Shown: one piece after another, positions 31,202-42,349 of the stretch
How positions within the stretch are numbered: the stretch's first letter is position 1
Layout: each line of letters opens with the position of its first letter
From: an uncultured Gemmatimonadaceae bacterium
GTDB lineage: Bacteria; Gemmatimonadota; Gemmatimonadetes; Gemmatimonadales; Gemmatimonadaceae
Assembly: GCA_963829055.1 (NCBI GenBank)
Contig: CAWHHI010000019.1
Coordinates: 32,001-96,000, forward strand
Direction: 5' to 3'
DNA length: 64,000 bases
Position numbers and translations under genes: made by a program
The notes under the pieces: model-generated
What the model was told of the DNA's origin: nothing
Seen by the model: only the letters and a program-made list of their open reading frames with translations
Databases searched by the model: none

Positions 31202-33139
31202 CTAGAAGCCACGCAGCACGCTCGGCGTCGACGTCGCGAACCAGACGAGGCCATCAAAGTCGCCGGGTAGGATCGTCGCCAGGTACGTCGCATCGTCGCT
31301 GACCCTCTCGTACACCTCGGTGACCTCGCGGAGTTTGAGCGGTCCGAGCAGGCTGGCGGCACCGGCGCCGCCAGCGGGAATCTTGCGCGCGTCGAGCAAC
31401 AGCCTCGGTAGACCCGTCGCGGCAAAGGCCGACTCGTACGTATTCGACTTGATCGGACCAACCGCAATCCGCTGGACTGGGCCTCCGGGCGTCGTCGCGT
31501 TCACTGCACCGGTGCCGAAGAACTGACCAATGGGACGATACGTGGCCCCGTAACGCGTCTGGAGGAAGCTGCCCATCCTCTGCGGGGCGCGGATCACGTG
31601 GAGGTTGTGCGCCCAGAGCATCATGCGAGCGTTTGGGAGCTGGTCGAGCCACCAGCCCGCATTCTCGGCCATCGCGCGATCGCGGAACGAAGGGCCGGTA
31701 CTGTTCGCCTCCTCCCATTGCTCGACGAGACGAGCGGATTGTCTCAGCAGAGCGAACGCGCCGTCATCGATCCGACCCGCCCAATCGCTTCGGGCACCGT
31801 CGAGCGTCGGGATGACATCGTGGACCGGAGCCTTACAGGTGCGGTAGGCTGAGACAAAGTAATTGCGCAGCCCGAACACGGCCCCGCGGTTGCGGTAGGG
31901 GCCGAGGCACTCGTAGCCCGCCCGAATAGCGTCACCACGGGCGGGGTCGATCCGCGACACGATTGCGACCACGCTATCGATCGCCGCTCCAGGGAATTGC
32001 ATATCGACACCGACGAACCGGAGCACCGGCGCGCCACGCGCCGCGTTATAGGCACGCATCCACCTAACGAGGTCCAGCACTTCGTCAGTGTTCCAGGTCC
32101 AGAAGTACATGCCACGGACCAGCGCGGATGGATCGCCTTCGCCGGTGCGCACGTACCGATCGACGTCGAGTGCTTCCGGGAAACTCGCCTCGATGGCGAA
32201 GACCGTGAATCCCATGCGCTCGACGAGAAATTCGAGCGCGCGATGCTTCATGCGGAAGAATTCACGTGTGCCGTGGCTGCCCTCGCCGAACCCGACGAGC
32301 CGCGCATCACCGACTAGCGAACGCAGTGGCTCGAGATCATCGAGAGGGGCGGTGGGATCGTCGGTCGCGAACGGCGTCGCGTTCGCGAGCAGCCACGCCG
32401 AGGCGCTTGCCGGGAGGGGCGTCACACCCTCGAAGCCAAGATTCAGCGGCTCAACAGGTGAATGAGTGAACTCTGGATCGAAAATGGCGGCATCGCTCCT
32501 GGGCGGCAGCGTCCCGTGGTACCCGGTGACCGGCACCGATGAGGCGACGATCTCCAACCGTACATTGTCGACTCGCACCGTACCGACGCCGCGGAGCGCT
32601 GCTCCGAACGTCAGACCGATCGCGTCCGCCGGGACATCCATGACGACCTCGTAGTCGCGCCAATCCTTGGTGCCAAGGATCGGACGATCGGAAAAGTCGT
32701 CGTAGGGCGCCGTCGTACCGGGCGGCCGGTCTACCTTGAGAAACGGCCCGGCACCCATCCCACTCACGGTGTCGGCACGCATTCGTGCGGTCAGTCGCAC
32801 GCGGCGTCCGCGGTAGGCATCGGCGCGGACCCGCTGCAACACGCGCCCCCCCTGCGAGAGATCGCTCGTTCGGGTCTCATTGTTCAGTCGAGCCGCCGCG
32901 GTGCCGGTCGCGCGGATTTTCGTGTCTGTCACGACCGAGTAATAGTTCTCCGGCGAGGCCGTTGTCTCCCAGCCGTCGAGCGGGAACTCAGGGAGACCGG
33001 ATTTGGCACCGGGGTCGACTGGCCCATTCGGGGAGTCGCCTCCACAGCCCGCAACGAGAGAGATGGGCGCAGTCGAGATCGTGACAGAGAGGATTGACAG
33101 CGCGATCGAATGGCGGGTTCCGCGAATCAGTGATGCCAC
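31202..33139 (-). CDS. Erythromycin esterase family lipoprotein with an N-terminal beta-sandwich domain
   Basis: Lipobox-like LVAGC; GEGSHGTREF, FAIEA, GVDMQ, RDRAMAEN, WAHNLH. Confidence 0.85.
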   Translation of the reverse strand: MASLIRGTRHSIALSILSVTISTAPISLVAGCGGDSPNGPVDPGAKSGLPEFPLDGWETTASPENYYSVVTDTKIRATGTAAARLNNETRTSDLSQGGRVLQRVRADAYRGRRVRLTARMRADTVSGMGAGPFLKVDRPPGTTAPYDDFSDRPILGTKDWRDYEVVMDVPADAIGLTFGAALRGVGTVRVDNVRLEIVASSVPVTGYHGTLPPRSDAAIFDPEFTHSPVEPLNLGFEGVTPLPASASAWLLANATPFATDDPTAPLDDLEPLRSLVGDARLVGFGEGSHGTREFFRMKHRALEFLVERMGFTVFAIEASFPEALDVDRYVRTGEGDPSALVRGMYFWTWNTDEVLDLVRWMRAYNAARGAPVLRFVGVDMQFPGAAIDSVVAIVSRIDPARGDAIRAGYECLGPYRNRGAVFGLRNYFVSAYRTCKAPVHDVIPTLDGARSDWAGRIDDGAFALLRQSARLVEQWEEANSTGPSFRDRAMAENAGWWLDQLPNARMMLWAHNLHVIRAPQRMGSFLQTRYGATYRPIGQFFGTGAVNATTPGGPVQRIAVGPIKSNTYESAFAATGLPRLLLDARKIPAGGAGAASLLGPLKLREVTEVYERVSDDATYLATILPGDFDGLVWFATSTPSVLRGF

Positions 33140-33215
33140 ACAGCCTCCGACGACCGGGACTCGATTCAGTTTTTTCCATCCCGAAGCGATCGAACAAACG
33201 TCGAGCTACGTCGTG

Positions 33216-34676
33216 CTACTTCGCGCGCGAGTGCTTCGGCGGGCGCGGCTTGCTCCACACTAGTATCACCGCGCAGTGCGTGTCGGGCCGACCCGTCTCC
33301 TTGAGCGATTGCGATCGAAACTCGGGCGGAGCCGCGGTCTTGTCCGTATACACCTCGATGCCACGCACATCGTACGGGCGCACGTCGTTGATGTCGTAAA
33401 CGGGGAACCCGTCGACGAACACGGCGGGATTGCACAGGTTGTTATAGGAGCCGCCGCCGGCACCGCTGACGATCGGCCTCGTGAACATGATGACGTTCTC
33501 GGATCCGTCCCACATGACGCGCGCGCCAGTGACGTTCCAGAGCAACTGCGATGTATCGAATACGCGGCGGCGTTCGATCTCCTCCGGCCCGATGAAGCGT
33601 CCGATTCCGGCTTTCTTCCGCTTCTCGAAGCCAGTGTTGTCGAGGCGCGCGCCACTACCGACGATGTTCACCGACGCGAGCGTCTGCGCCGCTTTGTCGA
33701 GCGTAATGTCCAGCGTCCGTTGCTCGCCGGTGCGCAATCCAACCGTTAGGCGCTTCGGGGCGAATCCAACCGCTCTGATCTCGATGGTCTGGCTTCCCGC
33801 GGGCATCGACGTCAGCGCGTAGGCACCCTCACTGGTCGTGCGCACGGAGATCGGAAAGCCGAACAACGCGACCTGCGCCTGATCGAGGAGCCGGCCGTCC
33901 GGACCGTGCACGACGCCCGAGAGCCGCGCGGTGCCGGTTGACGCAGGGGCGTCACCGCGCCGGACGACGCTATCGAGTCGCGCCAACTCCGCGGTCGTCG
34001 CCCCGGAATCCTGCATACTCACCGCGAACTCTCGCACGCCGAACGCGCGCTGGCCCAGATCGACCTCTACCAGGCCTGTCACGTGATCGGCAGCGGTCGC
34101 GCGGGCGATGACAGCGACATCCGTCGGCACGCCACAGATCATGTACGCCCCACTGGCGTTCGTGACCGCCGAACCGCGCCGCTCGGTTTGCGTCAGCCCG
34201 CGGCCGCCCACGTTCCATTCGCCCCAGCTGACGCTGACGGTTGCGTTAGGCAACGCAGCGCCGTCATCCACGTTTCGGACGCGCCCGAGCAGGACGCCGG
34301 TCGACTGCGCCTGGGGCGCGGGACACAGGCTGGCGTGCAGCGTCGCGGGGCTGGGCGTCGCGAGTCGTACGGCTGACAGCCCGGAATCCGGAAGCACCAG
34401 GGAGACTGGCGCGGCGCCGAACCCTAACGAGTCGAGCGTCGCGTGGTAGAACCGGAGTACCACCTGTCCGGCGGGGACACTGTCGATCTGGAATCGACCC
34501 GCCTGATCGGTAAGTGTGGAGAGGGTCGTGCCTTCGACGGTGACTTCGGCGTTGGCGAGCGGCCCGTTGGCGACCAGAGAGTCGTAGACAGTGCCCGCGA
34601 TCGACGCGACCGCGTGGGGTTGGCGTTCGCGTAGAGTGGCGCCTGACGCCAGCGCCAGGACAACGACCGGCACCAT
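33216..34676 (-). CDS. Secreted protein with carboxypeptidase-regulatory-like domains and a C-terminal TonB-plug-like domain
   Basis: Three GxVxD..PL.xA.V..TD/TN..G.F/Y repeats; FEKRKKAGIGRFI, VFVDG, RGIEVY, CAVILVW; start uncertain. Confidence 0.75.
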   Translation of the reverse strand: MVPVVVLALASGATLRERQPHAVASIAGTVYDSLVANGPLANAEVTVEGTTLSTLTDQAGRFQIDSVPAGQVVLRFYHATLDSLGFGAAPVSLVLPDSGLSAVRLATPSPATLHASLCPAPQAQSTGVLLGRVRNVDDGAALPNATVSVSWGEWNVGGRGLTQTERRGSAVTNASGAYMICGVPTDVAVIARATAADHVTGLVEVDLGQRAFGVREFAVSMQDSGATTAELARLDSVVRRGDAPASTGTARLSGVVHGPDGRLLDQAQVALFGFPISVRTTSEGAYALTSMPAGSQTIEIRAVGFAPKRLTVGLRTGEQRTLDITLDKAAQTLASVNIVGSGARLDNTGFEKRKKAGIGRFIGPEEIERRRVFDTSQLLWNVTGARVMWDGSENVIMFTRPIVSGAGGGSYNNLCNPAVFVDGFPVYDINDVRPYDVRGIEVYTDKTAAPPEFRSQSLKETGRPDTHCAVILVWSKPRPPKHSRAK

Positions 34677-34784
34677 CAACACCCGACCGAACACAGGGTC
34701 ACCTCGGGATACACGGTGCAATTCGTACGCGGGCCAATGCGGGCACTACACCAGCCGAATCTCCGCGTTCCGCGCTGCGGATGG

Positions 34785-35156
34785 CTAGGCTTTCCCGACT
34801 CCGGGTCGGCAGCAAAGTGGTCGGACCACGCGAAGGGGGCGTCGCCCGTTGTGGCGCGCCACGCCGGCGGAGTCGAAGGCGGGGTGTGAGAACGTCAGCG
34901 TATGGGTTCCGTCCGGAACTCCGCCGATCGTGAACCGTCCGCGCGCATCCGTCGTAGCGGCGAGCGTAGTGCCGATCACGTACACGGTCGCATCGCGAAG
35001 CGGCCCGCGCGCGAGCAGGCTGTCGTAGACGATTCCCTCGATCATCCCAGCCGGCACTTCGACACCCTGGGCCTTGCTCTGTTCGACGGCCCACCCACTC
35101 AGTACCAGACCTAACGCGACAACACTCGGCAACGGTCGCGCGAGCAGCGGCACCAC
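34785..35156 (-). pseudogene. Truncated paralogue (signal peptide plus first domain) of the downstream carboxypeptidase-regulatory protein
   Basis: EGIVYDSLLARGPLRDATV..TTDARGRF..FSHPAFDSAG aligns with AGTVYDSLVANGPLANAEV..TDQAGRF..FYHATLDSLG, then similarity ends. Confidence 0.6.
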
Positions 35157-36040
35157 TATCCTCCAGATCGTTTGATCTGGAACAATCGCTCGCGGGCCAA
35201 TCGGCGACCAGTAGGGGTCGCGGCCAATCCGCCCCCAGCGGTCTCCCGATACCGAACGTCCATGGAGCGGCCGATCTCGCCCATAGTGTCGATGACCTCA
35301 TCGGCCGGAATCGCGAACGTGATGCCCGCTAAGGCCATCTCGATGGCGGCCATCGCTATGGCCGCGCCCGTCGCGTTCCGGAACACGCACGGCAGCTCGA
35401 CGAGCCCGCCTAACGGGTCGCAGACGAGCCCGAGCGTGCCCTGCTGTGCAAGCGCGACCGCGTGCCCGGCCTGCGACGGCGACCCACCCAGCATCTCCGT
35501 CGCGGCACCTGCGGCCATGCCCGCCGCAGCGCCCGTTTCCGCCTGACAACCGCCTTCCGCGCCGGAGAGAGATGCGCGCTGCGCGACGACCGCGCCGATT
35601 AGCCCAGCGGTCGCGAGCGCATCGATCAACTTGTCATCACCAAGGCCACGTGCATCCGCGAGCCCGGTGAGCACCGCGGGGAGCACGCCCGCGCCGCCTG
35701 CTGTGGGCGCTGCGACGATGACGCCCATCGCAGCATTCACCTCCTGCACCGCCAGCGCGCGCGAGAGCACGTCGCGAAACGGCGTCCCGGTCATCGGGCC
35801 GGCAGGCCCCTCTCGCAACTTCGCGGCGTCGCCACCGACGAGCCCCGACGCGGATCGCAGATCACCGGTGAGTCCGCGCGATACCGCGCCACGCATCACA
35901 GCCAGCGCACGACCGAGCGCCTCGCGAATTTCCGCGACAGGCCGTCCCTGATCGCGAGCCTCGGCATCGAGCGCAACCTGGGCGAGCGTGGATCCGGACG
36001 CTTCCGCGTCACGGATGGCGTCGGCGAGTGCGTGATACAT
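35156..36040 (-). CDS. sdaAA: L-serine dehydratase, Fe-S dependent, alpha subunit
   Basis: AAPTAGGAGV, SGAEGGCQAE, GLVCDP..VELPC..RN, RETAGGGLA; alternative in-frame ATG at 36163. Confidence 0.93.
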   Translation of the reverse strand: MYHALADAIRDAEASGSTLAQVALDAEARDQGRPVAEIREALGRALAVMRGAVSRGLTGDLRSASGLVGGDAAKLREGPAGPMTGTPFRDVLSRALAVQEVNAAMGVIVAAPTAGGAGVLPAVLTGLADARGLGDDKLIDALATAGLIGAVVAQRASLSGAEGGCQAETGAAAGMAAGAATEMLGGSPSQAGHAVALAQQGTLGLVCDPLGGLVELPCVFRNATGAAIAMAAIEMALAGITFAIPADEVIDTMGEIGRSMDVRYRETAGGGLAATPTGRRLARERLFQIKRSGG

Positions 36041-36045
36041 ATCGT

Positions 36046-36157
36046 CGGGAATCGGGAATGGGGAATCGGGAATCGCGGGTAGGCGAGGGTCGGAGGGACT
36101 CGGCACGCTGAGCAGCGCCACGCGTTCGATTCCCCATTCCCGATTCCCCATTCCCGA
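36046..36157. repeat. Inverted pair of (GGGAATC/G)n heptamer repeats between sdaAB and sdaAA
   Basis: cgggaatcgggaatggggaatcgggaatcg ... cgattccccattcccgattccccattcccg. Confidence 0.88.
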
Positions 36158-36159
36158 GA

Positions 36160-36834
36160 TCATGCGCTGACTTTATCGAGACGGAAGGCCCACCGTACCC
36201 ACGGCAGCGTGCGAATGTCCGCGCGCACCTTCTCGTCAGGCGGCTCATCGACCTCGATGACCATGAACGCGTCGCCGCCGCGCCCTTTCCGCGTCAGGCG
36301 GAGCGTCGCGATGTTGATGCCGTCCTCGGCCAGAATCGTGGCGATGCGAGCGACCGATCCGGGGACGTCCTCCGCCACGAGCACGATGGTGTTGTAGCTC
36401 CCGGTCACCTCGACAGGATAGCCGTCGATCTCCGTGACGAGCACGCGGCCGGCGCCTAACGACGACCCGACCATCACCGCCTTCCGATCCCCTCGCTCGA
36501 CGGTGATGCGGACCGTGTTCGGATGCACGTCCGCCTCTTCCCCCAGTGTCGTCTTCTCGAACCGGAAGTCCAGCGCCTCGCGCTCGGCAATCGTCAACGC
36601 TTCGCGGATACGCTCGTCATCGGGCCGAAATCCCATCAGGCCGCCGACGATCGCCTTATCGGTTCCGTGACCCTCACCCGTCCGCGCGAACGACCCGTGC
36701 AGCTCGACACGCGCGTGCTCCGGAGTCCCACCGACAAGACACCGGGCCAACAACCCGAGTCGGCACGCGCCCGCCGTGTGGCTCGAGCTCGGCCCCACCA
36801 TGACGGGCCCGATGATGTCGAGCAGCGATACCAT
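36160..36834 (-). CDS. sdaAB: L-serine dehydratase beta subunit (C-terminal ACT domain)
   Basis: DIIGPVMVGPSSSHTAGA, GHGTDKA, HPNTV. Confidence 0.95.
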   Translation of the reverse strand: MVSLLDIIGPVMVGPSSSHTAGACRLGLLARCLVGGTPEHARVELHGSFARTGEGHGTDKAIVGGLMGFRPDDERIREALTIAEREALDFRFEKTTLGEEADVHPNTVRITVERGDRKAVMVGSSLGAGRVLVTEIDGYPVEVTGSYNTIVLVAEDVPGSVARIATILAEDGINIATLRLTRKGRGGDAFMVIEVDEPPDEKVRADIRTLPWVRWAFRLDKVSA

Positions 36835-36841
36835 AGAACGT

Positions 36842-39742
36842 TCAGCCGGCTTTGCGCTTCAGGGGCCGAGGCAGTAGTGGGCGCAGATACTGTCCGGTGT
36901 ACGACGCGTCGACCTGAGCGACCTGCTCGGGCGTTCCAGCAGCAACGATCTCACCACCTTTGTCTCCGCCCTCGGGACCAAGGTCGATGATCCAGTCGGC
37001 GGTCTTGATGACATCCAGATTGTGCTCGATCACGAGCACGGTGTTCCCCCGGTCGACGAGGCGATGCAGCACCTCGAGCAGGAGCCTAACGTCCTCGAAG
37101 TGCAGACCGGTCGTCGGCTCATCGAGGATGTAGAACGTACGACCGGTGTCGCGCTTCGACAGCTCGGTCGCGAGCTTCACGCGCTGCGCTTCGCCACCGG
37201 ATAGCGTCGTCGCGCTCTGCCCGAGGTGAATGTAGCCGAGTCCGACGTCCATCAGCGTCTGCAGCTTCTGATGGATGCGTGGCTGGTTCTCGAAGAACGC
37301 GGTCGCGTCCTCGACAGTCATCTCGAGAACGTCGGAGATGCTCATGCCGCGGAAACGAACCTCGAGCGTCTCGCGATTGTAGCGCTTCCCCTTGCAGACG
37401 TCGCACGGCACGTACACGTCAGGCAGGAAGTGCATCTCGATCTTGAGCAGCCCGTCGCCCTGGCACGCCTCGCAGCGCCCACCCTTCACGTTGAACGAGA
37501 ATCGTCCAGGCCCGTAACCGCGGATCTTCGCCTCGGGCATTTCCGCGAACAGATCCCGGATCGGTGTGAACAATCCGGTGTACGTCGCCGGGTTCGAGCG
37601 CGGCGTGCGCCCGATCGGACTCTGGTCGATGTCGATGACCTTGTCGATGTGCTCGAGGCCGGTGATCGACTTGTGCGCGCCCGGAATTACGCGGGCGCGG
37701 TAGAAGTGTCGCGCCAGCGAGCGATGCAGAATGTCCTCGATGAGCGTCGACTTGCCCGAGCCGGAAACACCAGTCACGGTGACGAACAACCCGAGCGGGA
37801 TATCGACGTCGAGGTTGTGCAAGTTGTGCTCACGCGCACCGAGCACACGAATCGAACGACGTGGATCAGCGGGTCGCCGTGTAGCCGGGATCGGGATCTT
37901 GAGCGCGCCGCTGAGATACCGGCCGGTGAGCGACGACGGGTTGCGCGTCACCTCGTCGACGGTGCCGCTCGCGATGACGATGCCGCCATGCTTACCAGCT
38001 CCGGGCCCGAGGTCGAGCAGATAGTCGGCCGAACGCATCGTCTCGTCGTCGTGCTCGACGACGATCACCGTGTTCCCGAGATCGCGCAGCTGGCACAGCG
38101 TGTCGAGCAGCCGCGCGTTGTCACGCTGGTGCAGTCCGATGGACGGCTCATCCAGGATGTACAACACGCCCACGAGTCGCGAGCCGATCTGTGTCGCGAG
38201 ACGAATGCGCTGCGCCTCGCCGCCCGACAGCGACTCGGCCGAGCGACCTAACGTGAGATATTCGAGCCCGACGTTCACGAGGAATCGCAGACGCTCGCGA
38301 ACCTCCTTGAGAATCGGGCCGGCGATCTCGGCATCGAGGCCAGGCTTCCCATTGTTGCGAACAGGAACCGACTCGAAGAACTGCAGGCTCTCGGCGATCG
38401 ACATCTCGACGAGCTCGCCGATGTTGCGCGAGTCGATCGTGACGCCGAGCGATTCGGGCTTGAGACGACGCCCGCCGCACTCGTTGCACGGCTTCGCGAT
38501 CATGTACTCCGACAGCTCCATCCGGACGCTGTCGGATTCCGTCTCGGAATAGCGGCGCTGGATGTTCGCGACGATACCTTCCCACTCGATCGCGTTAGGG
38601 CTCGCTGTCTGCGATCCCGAACGAGCGCGGGCTTTCTTGCTCCCCGTTCCCTGCTCCCCGTTCCCGTTCGCCTTCTTGTCGACTCCGTACAGCAGGCAAT
38701 CGCGAACCTTCTGCGGAAGGTCCTGCCACGCGGCGTGGAGATCGAACTTCAACTGCTTGGCGAGTCCAGGCAGGATCACGCGACGCAGATATCCGTCCGG
38801 TTCACCCCACGGCAGGATCACGCCTTCCAGAATCGACAGCGCCGGGTCGCCGAGTATGAGCTCTTCGCTGACCTCGTCGCGCGTGCCGAGTCCGCCGCAC
38901 GCCGCGCACGCGCCGAACGGCGAGTTGAACGAGAAGTGCCTCGGCTCCATCTCGGGCATCGAGATGCCGCACGCGGCGCAGCCGTAGCGCTCCGAGAAGA
39001 GCGTCGGCGTCGCCTTCGAGCCTTCGTGCCTAACGACTTCCACCGTGCCGTCGGCGAGCTTGAGCGCCGTCTCCAGCGAGTCGTTGAGCCGGTTGCGATC
39101 TTCAGCCCTGACGACCAGACGATCGACGATGATAGACACGTCGTGGTTCTGACGCTTGTTCAGCTTCGGCGGACTCGCCAGCTCGATGACGGCGCCGTCG
39201 ACGACGGCGCGGACGAAGCCCTGCTTGCGCGCTGACTCGAACAGCTCGCGGAACTCACCCTTTCTGCCGCGGACGAGCGGCGCGAGGATCTCGATGCGCG
39301 TGCCCGATGGCCATTCCAGAACGGAGTCCGTGATCTGTCCCGCGCTCTGACGTTCGACCGGAAGGCCGCAGTTCGGACAGTGCGGCGTGCCGGCGCGGGC
39401 GTACAGCAGGCGGAGATAGTCGTAGATCTCGGTGACCGTTCCGACCGTGGAGCGAGGATTGTGGCCGGCGGTCTTCTGCTCGATGGAGATCGCGGGCGAC
39501 AGCCCTTCGATGGAATCGACGTCCGGCTTTTCCATCAAGCCGAGGAACTGTCTCGCGTAGGCGGAGAGCGACTCGACGTAGCGGCGTTGCCCTTCCGCGT
39601 AGATCGTGTCGAACGCGAGCGACGATTTTCCCGACCCGGACAGGCCGGTGATGACGGTCAGCCGGTCGCGCGGGATCGTGACGTCAATGTTCTTGAGGTT
39701 GTGCTCGCGCGCGCCGCGGATGATGAGCGCTTCGTCAGTCAT
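36842..39742 (-). CDS. uvrA: Excinuclease ABC subunit A
   Basis: [10 protein letters not shown], two Walker A motifs ([16 protein letters not shown]), two LSGGEAQR, zinc fingers. Confidence 0.98.
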   Translation of the reverse strand: MTDEALIIRGAREHNLKNIDVTIPRDRLTVITGLSGSGKSSLAFDTIYAEGQRRYVESLSAYARQFLGLMEKPDVDSIEGLSPAISIEQKTAGHNPRSTVGTVTEIYDYLRLLYARAGTPHCPNCGLPVERQSAGQITDSVLEWPSGTRIEILAPLVRGRKGEFRELFESARKQGFVRAVVDGAVIELASPPKLNKRQNHDVSIIVDRLVVRAEDRNRLNDSLETALKLADGTVEVVRHEGSKATPTLFSERYGCAACGISMPEMEPRHFSFNSPFGACAACGGLGTRDEVSEELILGDPALSILEGVILPWGEPDGYLRRVILPGLAKQLKFDLHAAWQDLPQKVRDCLLYGVDKKANGNGEQGTGSKKARARSGSQTASPNAIEWEGIVANIQRRYSETESDSVRMELSEYMIAKPCNECGGRRLKPESLGVTIDSRNIGELVEMSIAESLQFFESVPVRNNGKPGLDAEIAGPILKEVRERLRFLVNVGLEYLTLGRSAESLSGGEAQRIRLATQIGSRLVGVLYILDEPSIGLHQRDNARLLDTLCQLRDLGNTVIVVEHDDETMRSADYLLDLGPGAGKHGGIVIASGTVDEVTRNPSSLTGRYLSGALKIPIPATRRPADPRRSIRVLGAREHNLHNLDVDIPLGLFVTVTGVSGSGKSTLIEDILHRSLARHFYRARVIPGAHKSITGLEHIDKVIDIDQSPIGRTPRSNPATYTGLFTPIRDLFAEMPEAKIRGYGPGRFSFNVKGGRCEACQGDGLLKIEMHFLPDVYVPCDVCKGKRYNRETLEVRFRGMSISDVLEMTVEDATAFFENQPRIHQKLQTLMDVGLGYIHLGQSATTLSGGEAQRVKLATELSKRDTGRTFYILDEPTTGLHFEDVRLLLEVLHRLVDRGNTVLVIEHNLDVIKTADWIIDLGPEGGDKGGEIVAAGTPEQVAQVDASYTGQYLRPLLPRPLKRKAG

Positions 39743-39921
39743 AGCCGGTGAAAGCTGCGGTGTGTGTTCGGGTAAGACAAGACAGCCCCTTCGGGCGCCG
39801 GCGTGGAACGCTGTGAAGACAGCAGGTTCGTGACTTCCGTCGGGCTCGCGGTGTCCCGTCTACGGCCATGTGACGTCCGTGACAACGGGAACGACATGTG
39901 GCGCCGGTTACATTGCCCTCG

Positions 39922-40269
39922 ATGACGGACCGCATGCCGCACACCGACGCCATGGTCGTTCTCACGACCGTCGCCAATGACAAAGAAGGAATCGCGCTCG
40001 TACGCGCACTGCTCGAGCGACGCGTGATCGCTTGCGGCACGCTCTTGCCGGGCGCTCGATCCCTGTATCGCTGGGAAGACAAGATCGCCGACGAACAGGA
40101 AGTCGTGATCCTGCTCAAGACCCGCTCGGCGGCGCTCGACTCGCTGCGCGTGGCGTTCAGTGAGTTGCACCCATACAAGGTGCCCGAGTTGCTGGCGCTT
40201 CCCGTACACGCCGGGCTCGACAAATACCTGAGCTGGATCAACAGCGAGACCTCGCTCTCGATCTCCTGA
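39922..40269 (+). CDS. cutA: Divalent-cation tolerance protein CutA
   Basis: IACG, SLYRWEDKI, HPYKVPEL; exact start uncertain. Confidence 0.9.
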   Translation: MTDRMPHTDAMVVLTTVANDKEGIALVRALLERRVIACGTLLPGARSLYRWEDKIADEQEVVILLKTRSAALDSLRVAFSELHPYKVPELLALPVHAGLDKYLSWINSETSLSIS

Positions 40270-40274
40270 GTCAC

Positions 40275-40778
40275 GTGATCGAGGTTCGGACGGACGACCT
40301 CGCGTTCGTTACCGCAGACGCTATCGCGCGGCCCGTCGACGCCGAGCTCCGCGCAACGACGCCGCTGATGCGCCGACTGGAGCTCGCCGGCGGTGAGAAG
40401 CTCACGCGACATCTGCGCGTCAACGAGCCGCTCGCGGTGGGGTCAGCCGTCGTCACCTCTGCCGGCGACCTCGGCGTCGAGCTCCTGATACATGGGGTGG
40501 TGTCCAGCGATGTCGAGCCTCCGACGCGTGCGACCGTACGTCAGGCTGTGAGCAGCGCACTGCAGCGCGCGGCGGATTGGCAGATCGCGCATCTCGCGAT
40601 CGCGCCGTTCGGAATCGGCGTCGGCAATCTCGACGTCGAGGACAGCGCCCAGGTGATCGCCGAGGCGGTGCGCCGTCATCGCGAGACATCGCCGTTTCCG
40701 ACGACCATAACGATTGTCGTCGAGACGGAGTTCGAGTACGAGGTGTTCGCGCGGTTCATCGCCGTGGAACGCGCGTGA
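40275..40778 (+). CDS. Divergent macrodomain protein
   Basis: DDLAFVTADAI, GSAVVTSAGDL..LLIHGV, IAPFGIGVG match the macro fold; NAAN and GGG motifs absent. Confidence 0.7.
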   Translation: MIEVRTDDLAFVTADAIARPVDAELRATTPLMRRLELAGGEKLTRHLRVNEPLAVGSAVVTSAGDLGVELLIHGVVSSDVEPPTRATVRQAVSSALQRAADWQIAHLAIAPFGIGVGNLDVEDSAQVIAEAVRRHRETSPFPTTITIVVETEFEYEVFARFIAVERA

Positions 40779-42346
40779 CGCACCCCAAGGTGATGGGCCT
40801 GAGGGTGACGCGCCGAGGAGCGATCGCCGTCGCGGTACTGCTGGCGTGGATCGCGGGCCTGGGACTCTACCTTCGGCGCGAGGCGCGAAACGCTCCGGCG
40901 CAACGTCTCGCGGAAGCGGCACTGCGCGTATCGCCCGGCGCCGTTTTCTATCGCGTGGAAAAGGACGGGCGGCAGATCGGGTTTGCGTCATCGACCATCG
41001 ACACCACGCGCGGAGGGTTGCTGATCAGCGACTACCTCGCCGCGGATCTTCCTGTCGCTGGCCGAGAGCATCGCGCGACGGCGACGTCCGACGTTAGGCT
41101 CTCACGAGGACTGTCGCTGGCGGAATTCCGCCTGTCGTTCGAATCGGATGGATCGCCGATCTCGATCAGCGGGCAGTCGGTGAGCGACTCGGTACTGCAG
41201 GTCGTCATCGCTCACGACGAGTCGGCCGCGGACACGCAGCGCGTCGCGACGTCAGGACCGGTCGTGCTCCCCACCATCGTGCCGATCGCGATCGCACTCG
41301 GCGAGACGCCGAAGGTCGGGCGCACATACACGTTGTCGAGCTTCGATCCCATCTCGATGGCCCCGCAGCCGCTGTCGATTCGCGTCGAAGCGGAATCGTC
41401 GTTCACCGTGCCTGACAGCGCGCGGTTCGACGAATCGCGTCGCCGCTGGACGGTCGCGCGGCGTGATTCCGTGCACGCCTGGCGCATCGCGACGGACGGA
41501 CCGAGTGCGGTTCGCGCATGGATCGACGAGCAGGGACGCATCGTCGAACTGCAGCACACGCTCGGCTTCTCGTTGCGGCGCACTGCGTACGAGATCGCGT
41601 TCGAGAACTGGCGGCTGGATGGCGGCACTCGCTCGCGCGCCGTCTCCGCCGATCGAGATGTTCTCGAAACGACTGCCATCGCGGCCTCCGCGGCGCCGAG
41701 CGGAGAGCGAAGCGGGAAGCTCAGTGTGCGACTGCGCGGCGCCAATCTGCGCGGCTTCGCTCTCGACGGCGGCCGGCAATCACTGCGCGGTGATACACTC
41801 GTCATCACCCGCGAGCCCAGCCTCTCGGGCGACGCGCCGTACACCATGCCGATGCCGCTCGCAATGCGGATGTCGTTTCGCCACGAGTTGTCGCCGGAGC
41901 CGTTGATCCAGAGCGCCGACCCGAAGATCGTCGAGCTCGCACGACGCATACGCGGGGACACCCGCGACCCGCTGGTTGCAGCGCGTCGCATCAACGAGTG
42001 GGTGCACGACTCGCTGGAAAAGACGGTGGCAGTCACGATCCCGAGTGCGATTCAGGTACTGGCGTCGCGCAAAGGCGATTGCAACGAGCACACGCAGTTG
42101 TTCATCGCGCTGTCGCGTGCGGCTGGAGTTCCGGCGCGTGCGGCGGCCGGGCTCGCGCGCGTTGGGAACAAGTTCTACTACCACGCGTGGCCCGAGGTGT
42201 TCGTCGGCCGGTGGGTGGCAGTGGATCCAACGTTCGGCCAGTTCCCGGCTGATGCGGAACATCTGCGGTTTGTGTACGGCGGGCTCGCGCGTCAGGCGGA
42301 GCTGCTGCGTCTCATGGGCACACTCAAGATCGACGTATTGAACTGA
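40775..42346 (+). CDS. Membrane-anchored transglutaminase-like domain protein
   Basis: N-terminal TM helix; catalytic triad GDCNEHT, YHAWPEV, WVAVDPT; GTG start overlaps the macrodomain stop. Confidence 0.85.
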   Translation: MTHPKVMGLRVTRRGAIAVAVLLAWIAGLGLYLRREARNAPAQRLAEAALRVSPGAVFYRVEKDGRQIGFASSTIDTTRGGLLISDYLAADLPVAGREHRATATSDVRLSRGLSLAEFRLSFESDGSPISISGQSVSDSVLQVVIAHDESAADTQRVATSGPVVLPTIVPIAIALGETPKVGRTYTLSSFDPISMAPQPLSIRVEAESSFTVPDSARFDESRRRWTVARRDSVHAWRIATDGPSAVRAWIDEQGRIVELQHTLGFSLRRTAYEIAFENWRLDGGTRSRAVSADRDVLETTAIAASAAPSGERSGKLSVRLRGANLRGFALDGGRQSLRGDTLVITREPSLSGDAPYTMPMPLAMRMSFRHELSPEPLIQSADPKIVELARRIRGDTRDPLVAARRINEWVHDSLEKTVAVTIPSAIQVLASRKGDCNEHTQLFIALSRAAGVPARAAAGLARVGNKFYYHAWPEVFVGRWVAVDPTFGQFPADAEHLRFVYGGLARQAELLRLMGTLKIDVLN

Positions 42347-42349
42347 GCC

